64,000 nt of DNA from Gammaproteobacteria bacterium (GCA_026709505.1 JAPOSW010000123.1:34703-98702), one strand, 5' to 3'; counted from the first letter of the stretch, positions 45,102-56,386 are shown. Translations and numbers: made by a program. Notes: generated by a model from the sequence alone, not told the origin.

Positions 45102-45386
45102 ATGAAGACTCCTGAAAACAAGCCAAAAAGAATATGGACAGTATCCGAAGCAAAGTCCCGCTTATCAGAGATTATGCGCCTTGCTGAGCAGGAAGGGCCT
45201 CAGCAGATAGGCGTAAGACGCCCTTTTGTTGTCGTATCAGTTGACCAATGGTACTCAATGGCTAAGCCTCGCCAAAGTGCAGGCAAATGGCTGGTGGAAA
45301 ATATGCCGGCAGGCATTGGACTAGACACTCAATTTGACAGGAAATCCAATAGAGATATTCCATTTCATGGAGGCAAAAAGGAATGA
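45102..45386 (+). CDS. Type II antitoxin (Phd/YefM- or VapB-type)
   Basis: 94 aa from ATG 45102. RIWTVSEAKSRLSEIMRLAEQEGPQ is a typical antitoxin N-terminus. 4-nt overlap with the downstream PIN toxin gene. Confidence 0.7.
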   Translation: MKTPENKPKRIWTVSEAKSRLSEIMRLAEQEGPQQIGVRRPFVVVSVDQWYSMAKPRQSAGKWLVENMPAGIGLDTQFDRKSNRDIPFHGGKKE

Positions 45387-45826
45387 GAGGTTTTCTGATT
45401 GACACGAATGTTCTTTCGGAATTGACAAGTCCAGTACCTAGTCTCAGGGTACGGGCATTTTTATCAGCACAATCAGACTTGTGGTTTTCTACCATTGTTC
45501 TGCATGAACTGAATTATGGTATTGAATTACTTCCCCAAGGCAGGAAACGAAACAGGATTGATTCAGCAATTTCCAAATTTCTCACAGAGTATATGGATTG
45601 GATTTTACCGGTCGACTCTTCAGTGGCTAGCCAAGCTGCTGTATTTCGTGCACAGATGCACCATAAAGGACGAAACCTTGATCTTGCAGATGCTTTAATT
45701 GCCGCAACCGCCAAGGTGAACGGTTTATGCCTGGTAACAAGAAACGTTCAGGATTTTGAGCATTTGCCAATCGATATCTTGAATCCCTGGGAATCCGCAC
45801 TCCATCACCCTATAACTGAGGCCTAA
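45383..45826 (+). CDS. vapC: PIN-domain toxin VapC
   Basis: 147 aa with FLIDTNVLSEL, conserved acidic positions and C-terminal LVTRNVQDFEH. Confidence 0.85.
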   Translation: MRGFLIDTNVLSELTSPVPSLRVRAFLSAQSDLWFSTIVLHELNYGIELLPQGRKRNRIDSAISKFLTEYMDWILPVDSSVASQAAVFRAQMHHKGRNLDLADALIAATAKVNGLCLVTRNVQDFEHLPIDILNPWESALHHPITEA

Positions 45827-46278
45827 TCTTCTTCTGTTCCAGTTCCCGCCCCCGTTAATCGTGAATGCACACTCTCTTGAACATAGATTTTCCTGGCAAA
45901 ACTATCCAGATTTCCCCAGGTTTCGGCCTCAATTTCAATACGATCACCGCTACTGGCAGTCACTTGCGGCATTATTACCCCATTCTTCAAATCCAATCCA
46001 CGAGATCTAGCCAATGCAGTTCCCAGGGTTCCGAGTGGAGGCAATTCCTTGCCGCATACAGCCTGATCAAGTGAGACAAGTAACTCGCGTATTTCCTTGC
46101 CATTTTGATCCAGATCCTTTGCGATCTGGGTGACATCCCACTTGCTCATAAACGGAGCTGCCTGCAGGAGATCTTCCGCATCGCAAAGCGGCAAGCCAGC
46201 ACCAAGGGCTGCACGATACAATTGCACGCCAAGTTCACCGCGCGATCTGACCGTCACGGATTCAGGGCTGGTAGCCAC
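45823..46278 (-). CDS. Hypothetical protein (last gene of the TRAP/HisD-like operon)
   Basis: 151-aa ORF overlapping the upstream gene by 25 nt. No family recognised. Coding status is supported mainly by operon context. Confidence 0.45.
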   Translation of the reverse strand: MATSPESVTVRSRGELGVQLYRAALGAGLPLCDAEDLLQAAPFMSKWDVTQIAKDLDQNGKEIRELLVSLDQAVCGKELPPLGTLGTALARSRGLDLKNGVIMPQVTASSGDRIEIEAETWGNLDSFARKIYVQESVHSRLTGAGTGTEED

Positions 46279-47903
46279 CAGTCTGATTCACCATCCAATT
46301 CATCAAATAGTGGAGCTCCCTGTGCCAAAGTAACGCGAGTCCACAGATCAGATTTGGGATCAAACTTGGCTGCGCCAAGAAAGGCCAGCTTGAATCGAAG
46401 CATGTCAATGGGCTTGCAGGCACCATCAATAAGATTATCTCTAATCTCTGAATAACGATATCGCATCAAGGTTTGGACGCGACGCACTGCAGAACGATGA
46501 TGGGGATATTGCTGCAGAAACTTAAGCAAGCCGCCGGGAAAGTCAAACAAGTCCAGCGCCATTGATTGAACTCGTTGAGCTATATCCAAAGGTAGTTCAA
46601 CTTCTGCTCCCGCTTCCTCGAATCGCAAGCCGAGACGTGGCTCTAACTTGGTCTCAGATATGTACCAGAACTGTTTTTTTCGCTCTGGGTTACTGAAATC
46701 CAAATCCAGGGCCCACTGCCAATCCCGCAACAGGATTTCCCCAAGTGTTTGTGTAGGCATTGAAGGATCAAAATACCATGCATCGGAAGTTGCCATTTGC
46801 ATAGATAGGTCATCAACCAATGATCCAAAGGGTTCAATAAGAAAAGCGGCCGTTAATTCCTGCAGTGGAATGGATTTTTTCTCGGCAACGGTCCAGAGGG
46901 CATTTATTGGCCTTGAGCCACTAAGTATCTCATCAGAGAGAAAATTCTTGAATTCCTCCCACTCCTTGCTGAGATCAGCAGTAACGGCTTGAGCATTTTC
47001 ATCATGAACATTCCACTCATGCAAGTGCCGAGATACTCGATTCGCCAGCTGACGCAATCGCATCTGTTCGCCTTGGCTTAGCCGAAGTATCGCCCGTACT
47101 CTTGCGAGAGCCGTCTCACGGGCTTCCACCCAGGCATTGAGCAGTACCGGATGCCCGATCAAAAACGGGGCCATTCCCAAACCCGTTGCATTTCCAATTC
47201 CGATATGCCGCTTCAGATCACGGTTGATCTGTGACTGCCCCAGGAATTCGGCAAGATCATGGCTGAATCCACGAATTAGCCAAACCGTAAGCATTTCCGC
47301 CATGAATGGTCCCGACAAGCAGGGTCGATCGGAGATTCTGTCACGGTCCGCAATACCGAATTTTCCATTTCCATAGACAGCGGTTGTGCGCATGAGATAC
47401 CCGGTTTCGATTACTCGTGCTTCGTCTGGCTGACAATTTCTCCTCAGGCACTCTACAACATGGTCGAACAGTCGAACCGACTTGTTTGCTCTGGATAAAA
47501 TCAGCTCACGCTGGGTAAACCGAGATGCTTCCTGCCTGGGTACATCCCTGATAAGCCTTTGAATCTCCGAAGCATCGGGAACTCCATCATACAGGACAAA
47601 AGAACTATCCCACGCCTCAGCAATCACTCGGTCGGTTCTGCTGTGATCATCCAGGTCATTCGTGATGGCAACCAGCGAATACGCATATCCACCCATCGAA
47701 ACTGAATAGACTGCATGACCATAGCCATGAGAATTCATGTTCCAGGCAACACGATGAACCTGTGCTGATTCTTGATGCAGCTGCCGAAGCAGAGTAGGAA
47801 GGAACGACAGTCTTGAAGGAAACGATTGTCCCATACGCGACAATCGCATGATCTCCTCGGGTGACCGTAATGGGACGTCATTGCAGACCGGAATCTCCTT
47901 CAT
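46254..47903 (-). CDS. Conserved-looking hypothetical protein, 549 aa
   Basis: Long uninterrupted ORF with a 4-nt overlap with the upstream dipeptidase gene. No motif I can assign. Confidence 0.6.
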   Translation of the reverse strand: MKEIPVCNDVPLRSPEEIMRLSRMGQSFPSRLSFLPTLLRQLHQESAQVHRVAWNMNSHGYGHAVYSVSMGGYAYSLVAITNDLDDHSRTDRVIAEAWDSSFVLYDGVPDASEIQRLIRDVPRQEASRFTQRELILSRANKSVRLFDHVVECLRRNCQPDEARVIETGYLMRTTAVYGNGKFGIADRDRISDRPCLSGPFMAEMLTVWLIRGFSHDLAEFLGQSQINRDLKRHIGIGNATGLGMAPFLIGHPVLLNAWVEARETALARVRAILRLSQGEQMRLRQLANRVSRHLHEWNVHDENAQAVTADLSKEWEEFKNFLSDEILSGSRPINALWTVAEKKSIPLQELTAAFLIEPFGSLVDDLSMQMATSDAWYFDPSMPTQTLGEILLRDWQWALDLDFSNPERKKQFWYISETKLEPRLGLRFEEAGAEVELPLDIAQRVQSMALDLFDFPGGLLKFLQQYPHHRSAVRRVQTLMRYRYSEIRDNLIDGACKPIDMLRFKLAFLGAAKFDPKSDLWTRVTLAQGAPLFDELDGESDWWLPALNP

Positions 47904-48886
47904 GGTGCCGGCCCAAAGTTCTCATCGTAAAACTTCAACCAGTTGCCGCCCATGATTTTGTCGATTTCATCAGTCGAGAATCCGACTGATTGAAGTCCAT
48001 TCCGTATATTCTTCCAGTCTCGATTATCTCGAAACCAGTTCGGCATTGGAGGAAAAGCGGGAGCGTTTTCTGCCCCTTTGTGCGGGCGCTTCGACCAGAG
48101 GCCAAACCGCATCCATTCGACGACTTCATCCGGCTGGTCTTGACACAGGTCTGATCCAAATCCAAAATTCTCGATACCATGCCGTGATACCGTTTCGGCA
48201 ACCATCTCGCAAAAGCCGGTCAAACTGCAATCCGTGCCATTTTTCAGGTGGTTTGGATAAAGAGAGAAACCGAGCATTCCCCCGGACTGTACTAGCTCCC
48301 GGAGAACACTGTCGGACTTGTTTCGAACTGAAGGCTCCCAAAGATAAGGATTCGCATGGGTAATCGCTATCGGACGGTTTGAGTGATGAATGGCTTCTAT
48401 CGTTGACCGCTCACTGGAATGAGACATATCGACCACCAGACCTACACGGTTCATTTCATTCACGACTTCTCGCCCAAATCGCGTCAAGCCGCGGTCTTCC
48501 GGCTCATGCACCCCTGAAGCCAGCAAGGACTGATTGTTGTAACTGAGCTGCATGAAGCGGATTCCCAGCTGGCAGCAGATTTCGACAAGCCCGAGATCAT
48601 CTTCAATTGGACCTGGATTCTGCAATCCAAAAAAAACAGCTGTCTTGCCCTGTTCCTTGGCCTGTCGAACGTGATCGCCGGTCAGCCCTCTCAGAATGTA
48701 TTTTGCATAACTCTCAAAATGACGGTTCCAGGATTCAAGACTTGACACCATCTCACGAAATCCCTGATGATAGGCGACAGTGACATGAATGGCATCGACT
48801 TCGCTCTCGCGCAACTGCCGAAAAATTTTCTCGGACCAATTGCAGTACTGCAAATTGTCAATCAAGAATCGGGACATAATATCCAC
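47900..48886 (-). CDS. Peptidase M19 (renal/membrane dipeptidase) family protein
   Basis: 328 aa with GIRFMQLSYNNQS, GLTRFGREVVNEMNRVGLVVDMSHSS and FGSD blocks typical of M19. Confidence 0.8.
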   Translation of the reverse strand: MDIMSRFLIDNLQYCNWSEKIFRQLRESEVDAIHVTVAYHQGFREMVSSLESWNRHFESYAKYILRGLTGDHVRQAKEQGKTAVFFGLQNPGPIEDDLGLVEICCQLGIRFMQLSYNNQSLLASGVHEPEDRGLTRFGREVVNEMNRVGLVVDMSHSSERSTIEAIHHSNRPIAITHANPYLWEPSVRNKSDSVLRELVQSGGMLGFSLYPNHLKNGTDCSLTGFCEMVAETVSRHGIENFGFGSDLCQDQPDEVVEWMRFGLWSKRPHKGAENAPAFPPMPNWFRDNRDWKNIRNGLQSVGFSTDEIDKIMGGNWLKFYDENFGPAP

Positions 48887-48916
48887 TTACTCCACAAGCC
48901 ATTGTGCAATTCGCAC

Positions 48917-49690
48917 TTATCTTGCGGTAAATCCGCCATCGATAAACAGCACTTGTCCTGTTATGTATTTCGATGCTTCTGATGCCAGAAAAATCAAGAC
49001 TCCGGAAAGGTCTTCCATTTCCCCGTTCCTGCCGATAAGAGTTTGATCAGCCGCCCACTGCCGAGTTCTTGAGTCTGAAAATACCGGCTCCGTTAATTCA
49101 GTTGGAAAAAATCCGGGTGCGATTGCATTGCAGGTGATTGAATTGCGGGACCACGCTTCAGCCATTGCGCGTGTCAGCTGGCAAACGCCTCCTTTTGATG
49201 CCCCATAAGCCAATCCATTCGGAAACGCCCGAACCGACTGCAAGGATGCAAAATTGATGATTCTGCCATAACCTGCTGCCTTCATTTGCGAAACAAATTC
49301 CCGCGAGAAGAAAAACGGGGCTGCCAGATTTATATTCAGGGTTGACTGCCAGCTGTCGATGGTGATGTCATCGATAGGCTGTCTGAAGTTAACCCCTGCA
49401 GCATTGACCAGACCGTGAATGGTCCGGTAAATTTTTTTACAGGAACTTGCAATATCGGACAAGTCTTCGAGAACGGACAAGTCAGCAGTTAATCGCGAAG
49501 CCCTGCCCCCCTCATCATTGATTGCCGCAACCAGTTCATCAAGCGGCTCACGGCGCCTGGCTATACAGATGACCTGTGCACCGGCTTCAGCTAAAAAACG
49601 GCTTGCCGACCTGCCTATTCCTGAACTTGCTCCAGTAACAATGAAGCTTTTTCCTTCAAGAGAAAATTGATTCGTGATGGATCGTGCCAC
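48917..49690 (-). CDS. Short-chain dehydrogenase/reductase
   Basis: VTGASSGIG, NAAG and YGASKGG motifs. Confidence 0.8.
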   Translation of the reverse strand: MARSITNQFSLEGKSFIVTGASSGIGRSASRFLAEAGAQVICIARRREPLDELVAAINDEGGRASRLTADLSVLEDLSDIASSCKKIYRTIHGLVNAAGVNFRQPIDDITIDSWQSTLNINLAAPFFFSREFVSQMKAAGYGRIINFASLQSVRAFPNGLAYGASKGGVCQLTRAMAEAWSRNSITCNAIAPGFFPTELTEPVFSDSRTRQWAADQTLIGRNGEMEDLSGVLIFLASEASKYITGQVLFIDGGFTAR

Positions 49691-49707
49691 CGGATCGATG
49701 AAGGGGA

Positions 49708-51024
<1,317 letters not shown>

Positions 51025-51038
51025 TCAATGTGAATAGC

Positions 51039-52406
51039 TCACAGGCTTGCCCTTGCCAGTTGATCAAGGTATTCCGGAAGCCAAAGAGCGATTTGCGGAA
51101 AAACGATAATCAGGATGAGCCCAATCAGTTGAATGACCATGAACTGCAGCATTCCGCCATAAATATCCTTGAGATCCCATTGAGGAACCACTCCCTTCAA
51201 AAAATAGGCGGAAAGAGCCACGGGAGGCGATAGCCAGGCCGTTTGCAGGTTCACCGCGACCAGAATGCCGAACCAGATCAGGTTGAAGTTCATCTGATCC
51301 ACCAAAGGCAATAGGATGGGCACGATAATCAAGACGATTGGAACCCATTCAAGTGGCCATCCCAGAATAAAGATGAGTGCCATAATCATGGCAAGAATCA
51401 AGTACGGAGGCAGATCAAGATGGAGTAGATACTCGGTGAGCATATTTGGCGTGCCCAGCCTTGAAAATACTGCGCCAAAAAAATTGGATGCGGCGACAAG
51501 CACCAGAATTAGAGCGGATATTTCCAGGGTCTTGATCAGAGCATCCTTGAATCCGGGCCAGGTTAACTTCTTGTAGGCCGCTGTCAGCAAGAATGCGCCC
51601 ATTGCTCCCATTCCAGCCGCTTCGGTCGGTGTTGCAAAACCAAACAGGATACTGCCAAGAGCAAATGCCACGAGAGTGGCTGGTGGTACGAGGCCCATAA
51701 AGAACTCATAGAACACATGACGCATGGATTCTGGTTGAAGTTCTTCCGGTAATGGTGGCCCAAGAGAAGGATTGAGCTGGCATCGGATGAGAGCATAACC
51801 GGTATAAAGAAAGGCCAGCATGAAGCCCGGTATGATCGCAGCTGCAAACAGGTCGGTTACTGGCACCTCGAGGATTGGGCCCATCACTACCAGCATAATG
51901 CTGGGCGGAATCAATATGCCAAGGGTCCCCCCTGCAGTAATGGTGCCGGCAGCAAGTTTTACATCGTAGCCCGACTTGTTCATGGTTTTTGCGGCCATGA
52001 TGCCAAGTATGGTCACGGAAGCACCGACAATGCCTGTGGCGGCCGCAAAAATTGTTGATACAAACAGTACTGCAATATAGAGCGCCCCGCGAGTGCGTGA
52101 GAGAGTCAACTGGACGGCCGAGAACAATCGTTCCATAAGTCCCGCCTGTTCCATGAGAATTCCCATGAAAATGAATAGCGGTACTGCAGCCAGCGTTTGT
52201 TCCAGCATCACATTGGAGAACTGGAAAGTCATTAAATAGAAGACCAGATGACCAAATCCCCACATGCCGAATACCATGCCGAGAAAAATCAAGGTGAATG
52301 AAATTGGGAAACCAACGAATATTGCGAACAGCATGACGCCGATCATGATGATGCCGACATACTCGGGCTGGAAGTTAATGATCGCGTCAATCATTCCCCG
52401 GGCCAC
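51039..52406 (-). CDS. TRAP transporter large permease (DctM family)
   Basis: 455 aa, highly hydrophobic, DctM-type pattern. Overlaps the dctQ-like gene. Confidence 0.9.
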   Translation of the reverse strand: MARGMIDAIINFQPEYVGIIMIGVMLFAIFVGFPISFTLIFLGMVFGMWGFGHLVFYLMTFQFSNVMLEQTLAAVPLFIFMGILMEQAGLMERLFSAVQLTLSRTRGALYIAVLFVSTIFAAATGIVGASVTILGIMAAKTMNKSGYDVKLAAGTITAGGTLGILIPPSIMLVVMGPILEVPVTDLFAAAIIPGFMLAFLYTGYALIRCQLNPSLGPPLPEELQPESMRHVFYEFFMGLVPPATLVAFALGSILFGFATPTEAAGMGAMGAFLLTAAYKKLTWPGFKDALIKTLEISALILVLVAASNFFGAVFSRLGTPNMLTEYLLHLDLPPYLILAMIMALIFILGWPLEWVPIVLIIVPILLPLVDQMNFNLIWFGILVAVNLQTAWLSPPVALSAYFLKGVVPQWDLKDIYGGMLQFMVIQLIGLILIIVFPQIALWLPEYLDQLARASL

Positions 52407-53005
52407 CTGCCACGCGTGGCCGCAAAATAACTTTTAAGAAACTCGGAAACTCCCTGAATCAAAAGGAAAAGAATACCGACTGGCAAGGCGCTCTTTATTG
52501 GACCCATGTATGGCATCCATGCAGTGTCCATACCCCGTTCCCCCTTGGAGATGGCAAGCCATGCGTAGTCAATTGACATCCACATGAAAACCAGCAAGCC
52601 CGGGAAATAAAACAGCAAATAGAGCGAGGCATCAACTGTTCCTTGTGCTTTGGATGACCAGTTGCGATATAAAAAATCGGCTCGTATATGTATTCCTCGA
52701 TATAGAGCGTATCCTGCACCGAGTGTGAATAATGCGCCATAGAGCATGCGGCTAATGTCATAAGCCCACATGGTAGGGGCTACAAAAAATTTTCGTGCGA
52801 CTACCTCGTAGACCATTGCCAAACACATCGGGACAAGCAGCCAGCAGACAATACGCCCGACCCAGTGACTGAAACGATCAATGTTGATTATGGTCGCCGC
52901 CATCCAGGCGGGCATGTCCGGAGGCATTTCATCTCCGCCGGAACGCCTTTCAGCGATCAACTCGTCGGTTATGTCCAGTTCGGAAATTTCCGGATCGTTA
53001 GACAT
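52391..53005 (-). CDS. TRAP transporter small permease (DctQ family)
   Basis: 204 aa with four TM segments, positioned between the DctP-like and DctM-like genes. Confidence 0.8.
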   Translation of the reverse strand: MSNDPEISELDITDELIAERRSGGDEMPPDMPAWMAATIINIDRFSHWVGRIVCWLLVPMCLAMVYEVVARKFFVAPTMWAYDISRMLYGALFTLGAGYALYRGIHIRADFLYRNWSSKAQGTVDASLYLLFYFPGLLVFMWMSIDYAWLAISKGERGMDTAWMPYMGPIKSALPVGILFLLIQGVSEFLKSYFAATRGRWPGE

Positions 53006-53098
53006 GAGTCAACCCTGGGTAAGGCAGGCACAGCCCAGGGCCAAGAAAGCGGATGCCTTCTTGGCCCGAGGACCAGATTATTGCGATGAAGTGAATCG

Positions 53099-54202
53099 TC
53101 AGTTCTGCAAGGATTTGGCGAATGCCTGTCCAAGCTGTGCATTAGACGATTGCGCTCCAGCCCAGAACGGTACAGCAATTGTTGCAAACTCTTTTTGCGA
53201 GTTCCAAACTTCTGCAAAAAACTCGTTTTCTGCAGCGTTTTTCTCAAGGCTTGCTCGAGCTGCGTTCATGTACTCCGGAAAGTAGTCAGCTGGGGTATCA
53301 TGCAGGATAACGCCGTGATTTTCGGTTAGGTCCTTGAGTGCTTTACCGTTTTCATAAATGCGGTAGCTCAATGAGCGAATCAGTGATGCATCTGCCGCGA
53401 TCTCCATGGCTGTTTGCTGATCTTCGGTCAGGCTGTTCCAGACATCGCCATTGATGTACATGTCTGCATTCACGACAACCTGATGGAGTCCTTGCAGATA
53501 ATAGTGTTTCAGGACTTTCTGGAAGCCGAACACGCTATCAGGTTTCGGACAGCACCATTCGGCAGCATCAATGGTTCCTTTTTCGAGAGCAGGAAGGATA
53601 TCGCCCCCCCCCATTGCTACTGAAGCAACACCGATGTCTTTGTAGGTTTGACCCGGGATGCCCGGAGGGGTGCGGAAACGGTATTTTCTAAAATCATCCA
53701 TGCTGTTGATTGGCTCCTTGAACCATCCCAGGGCTTCAGGACCCACTGGCTGAAGCATCAGGCCGTGGATGTTCAGACCCATTTCATCCCACAGGCGGTT
53801 GTAGAGTTCTTTACCGCCACCATTCATGAACCAGGATAAAAAGGCGATATTATCGATACCGACTCCGGCCCCGGCTACGGGAGAACCGAACAGCATTGCG
53901 GCAGGATGTTGACCAGACCAGTAGTGAGTCCATGCAAACCCTGCGTCTACGAGACCCTTATCCACGGCATTCAGGATGTCGCGTCCGCTAACGACTGCGC
54001 CATCCGGCAGAACTTCTATCTTGACCTCACCGTTGGTTAGGGCGGCTACATTTGCAGCAAAATCCTTGACCATTACGATTTCATCCGCCTTGGTTGGCAA
54101 TACGGATTGGACCTTGATGACCACTTCTGCAATTGCAGATTGTGAAGCCATCAGGCCCAGTCCAATTATCGCAGCGGAAAGTGACTTGAAGAATTTGGAC
54201 AT
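53099..54202 (-). CDS. TRAP transporter substrate-binding protein (DctP family)
   Basis: Start moved to ATG 54202 (MSKFFKSLSAAIIGLGLMASQSAIA signal peptide, AAGAGGA RBS). DctP-like body. Confidence 0.85.
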   Translation of the reverse strand: MSKFFKSLSAAIIGLGLMASQSAIAEVVIKVQSVLPTKADEIVMVKDFAANVAALTNGEVKIEVLPDGAVVSGRDILNAVDKGLVDAGFAWTHYWSGQHPAAMLFGSPVAGAGVGIDNIAFLSWFMNGGGKELYNRLWDEMGLNIHGLMLQPVGPEALGWFKEPINSMDDFRKYRFRTPPGIPGQTYKDIGVASVAMGGGDILPALEKGTIDAAEWCCPKPDSVFGFQKVLKHYYLQGLHQVVVNADMYINGDVWNSLTEDQQTAMEIAADASLIRSLSYRIYENGKALKDLTENHGVILHDTPADYFPEYMNAARASLEKNAAENEFFAEVWNSQKEFATIAVPFWAGAQSSNAQLGQAFAKSLQN

Positions 54203-54885
54203 AATTTTTTTCCTCTTGTTGAAATACAAAATAATTATTGTTTGAATACGCTGTATCAATGTAGCACCTTTTTACGAATTGAAAATGCAATTTTACATTT
54301 GAAAAAGCTGATCATCCCAGACCAGCGATTCAGTATTGCCATCTCAATTCGGCAAACACGACATATCATAATTCTTTGACACGTGAATTACCATAAGAAA
54401 TTACTGGAATGCATCTTATAGTTTTCGAAACTGATTTTATTTCTGGGCATAGTTTTTCCTGGTTATGGATAAAAAGCCGGCAGGCTGACTGCTTCTACAG
54501 TGTCATGGAAAAATACATATTACATCTTGTTTGGACTTGGTTGATTTGCCCAAGCAAAGCCTGCCTCAATCCTGATCATGAACGGAACGAGTTTTCCAGT
54601 TGCTGTGGATATTGCTACTGACTGCTTTCGGGATATTTTTGGGAACCTCATCTACGAGTACTCCCAAGGGGTGAATCATGAGGGAACATGAACCCTTTGA
54701 TCACGAGCCGGGGAAAATTCGATATTCAGTTTCACTGTCCTCGTATCATCAATAAACGCGGTTTTCATGACCATTCTTTTTTTGCAGGCAATCTTTTTGC
54801 AGGTAATATAATAAATAATGAAATGGCATGAACCCGCACAATCCTGTTGGTGGGGTCAACTACTACATACACGAGAGGAATTAAA

Positions 54886-55371
54886 ATGAAATCCATAGTT
54901 AAAATTGTCTTGACAACAGCACTGGCATCTCTTTTCTGGACTGGGCCTGCTATCGGTGCAGAATCCAGCTACGAAAGACAAAAAGTCGTATACCACATCA
55001 ATTATGACAATCCCAAGGCCCAAGCCGGCGCACTTCGCAACATCCAAAATCATATCAACGCCGTTGGCGAGAACAACCTTGATCTCAAAGTAGTGTTGCA
55101 CGGTAACGGACTGGCATTATTACTCGATCCGGAATCCCTGGAAAAACTTGGCAAGTTCAAGCATGCCAATGCAAACGAGAACATGACGGCCAAGATCGCA
55201 GGACTAAAAAACCAGGGCGTTCACTTTCATGTTTGCAACAATACCATCAATGGTCGCAAAGTAGACTATGAAACAGACTTGTATGACGTTTCCAAAGAAG
55301 ACATTGTTCCAAGCGGTGTAGCGGAAGTCGCAAAACTACAGGCTTTGGGTTACTCGTACATTAAGCCATAA
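54886..55371 (+). CDS. Secreted DsrE/DsrF-like family protein
   Basis: Start at ATG 54886 (GAGAGG RBS) with a signal peptide. KVVYHINYDNPKAQAGALRNIQNHI...LKVVLHGNGL is typical of DsrE-like proteins. Confidence 0.6.
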   Translation: MKSIVKIVLTTALASLFWTGPAIGAESSYERQKVVYHINYDNPKAQAGALRNIQNHINAVGENNLDLKVVLHGNGLALLLDPESLEKLGKFKHANANENMTAKIAGLKNQGVHFHVCNNTINGRKVDYETDLYDVSKEDIVPSGVAEVAKLQALGYSYIKP

Positions 55372-55400
55372 CCCGCAAAACACGGCGATATCTGAATCAA

Positions 55401-55429
55401 GGCCGGCCGATTTCGCCGGTCTTCTACTT
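55401..55429 (+). terminator. Candidate rho-independent terminator after the DsrE-like gene
   Basis: Stem GGCCGGC / GCCGGTC (one G-U pair), 7-nt loop, followed by TTCTACTTC. Confidence 0.4.
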
Positions 55430-55688
55430 CGCTCAGCAGCGCCGGCTTCCGCATTGACTGTTCGAGGCCTGCTCGGCATTCACATGCACTCGCGTTCCGG
55501 CCCACATGGTCGCTGAATCCACTACGCGACCTTTCTGCACCATTGTGCTTCAGATCATGGCCGCCCCGTGCCCCGCCTATGTGCAACCGGAGTAACATTG
55601 CTGGACGGGATTCGTACCCGCCAGAAGAAGCCACCTTTGCACAGCGCACGTAGTGGATCAGTTTGGGAATTGCAAAACCTGATTCCTG

Positions 55689-55712
55689 AAAAAGGCGGCC
55701 CGAAAGCCGCCC
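55689..55712 (-). terminator. Rho-independent terminator of the secreted-protein gene
   Basis: On the minus strand: GGCGGC-TTTCGG-GCCGCC followed by TTTTT, 27 nt downstream of the stop. Confidence 0.6.
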
Positions 55713-55738
55713 AGATTGAATACTTGCTGGATTTACTG

Positions 55739-56386
55739 TCAGCTACTGAAGCCTTGGCCTTGGCACTCCGGCTTCAAAAGATTGTCCCTTTCATCGTCCA
55801 TGATTCTAATCACGAATTCCTTGCTAACAGAGGGGCGACCATCACTACGATTCACCTGTGCGGTAACCGTCATTCGGCGAATGGGAGCCCGGCAGTTATT
55901 ATCCTTGGTTCCGACCCAGAATAGATAATTAATCTCTCGCCTCTCTCCGCTCGTTACCCAACAGTCGCGCCTGTTGACACAACTACCCGTAACGGGTATT
56001 TTATAATTTTCATTTGGGTTGGAAGGCTTGCTCCAATCCGGCCAGGTATTGAAAAACCGGTAACAGTCCGTTCCACCACCACAGCTGAATTTCACCCACA
56101 ACTCGCCCCCTGCTATGTTTGAGGGCAACACTCCCTTAATCGTGAATTCAGCCTCCTCGCCTTCCTTAATGGTTAAGGTGGAACCAGTTGGCATGCTTCC
56201 ATCACTCGCCCAAAATCCTATAAAGTCTACGCTATGATTCTGTGCCGATGCTGGCCCTGCGAGTGTTGCCAACAAGAAGGTAGCGACAGTACAAAAAATG
56301 AGTTTCGCGTGAATGATTCTCCCGGACTCAATCTCCGAGTGAGTAGTGCCCCCCCCCCCCCTCAGATTTTTATTGATATATGTCAT
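55739..56386 (-). CDS. Secreted Cys-rich hypothetical protein with 5' poly-G tract
   Basis: 215 aa with AGGAG RBS upstream of ATG 56386. The signal-peptide-like AKLIFCTVATFLLATLAGPASA follows a 27-aa leader containing RGGGG encoded by G13. No family recognised. Confidence 0.6.
   Translation of the reverse strand: MTYINKNLRGGGGTTHSEIESGRIIHAKLIFCTVATFLLATLAGPASAQNHSVDFIGFWASDGSMPTGSTLTIKEGEEAEFTIKGVLPSNIAGGELWVKFSCGGGTDCYRFFNTWPDWSKPSNPNENYKIPVTGSCVNRRDCWVTSGERREINYLFWVGTKDNNCRAPIRRMTVTAQVNRSDGRPSVSKEFVIRIMDDERDNLLKPECQGQGFSS
56349..56361 (-). repeat. Homopolymeric G13 tract (C13 on the + strand) inside the 5' coding region
   Basis: Counted directly as 13 consecutive C at 56349-56361. On the minus strand it encodes R-G-G-G-G between the start codon and the signal peptide. 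Confidence 0.95.

Noticed and set aside
53604-53612. C9 homopolymer inside the DctP-like gene (encodes GGG in MGGGDIL).
   Set aside because: It is shorter than typical contingency tracts, lies in the middle of a conserved transporter gene and is in-frame as glycine codons. Chance occurrence is most likely, though it is a possible sequencing-error hotspot.
55430-55688. GC-rich ~260-nt non-coding patch between the two convergent terminators. It contains ATCCACTAC (55518-55526) and GTAGTGGAT (55650-55658) in inverted orientation. Possible sRNA or element remnant.
   Set aside because: Only a 9-bp perfect inverted core is present. There are no recognisable RNA family features and no promoter. The ORFs there (55350..55649, 55568..55924) look like GC shadows. 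The evidence is insufficient to call a feature.
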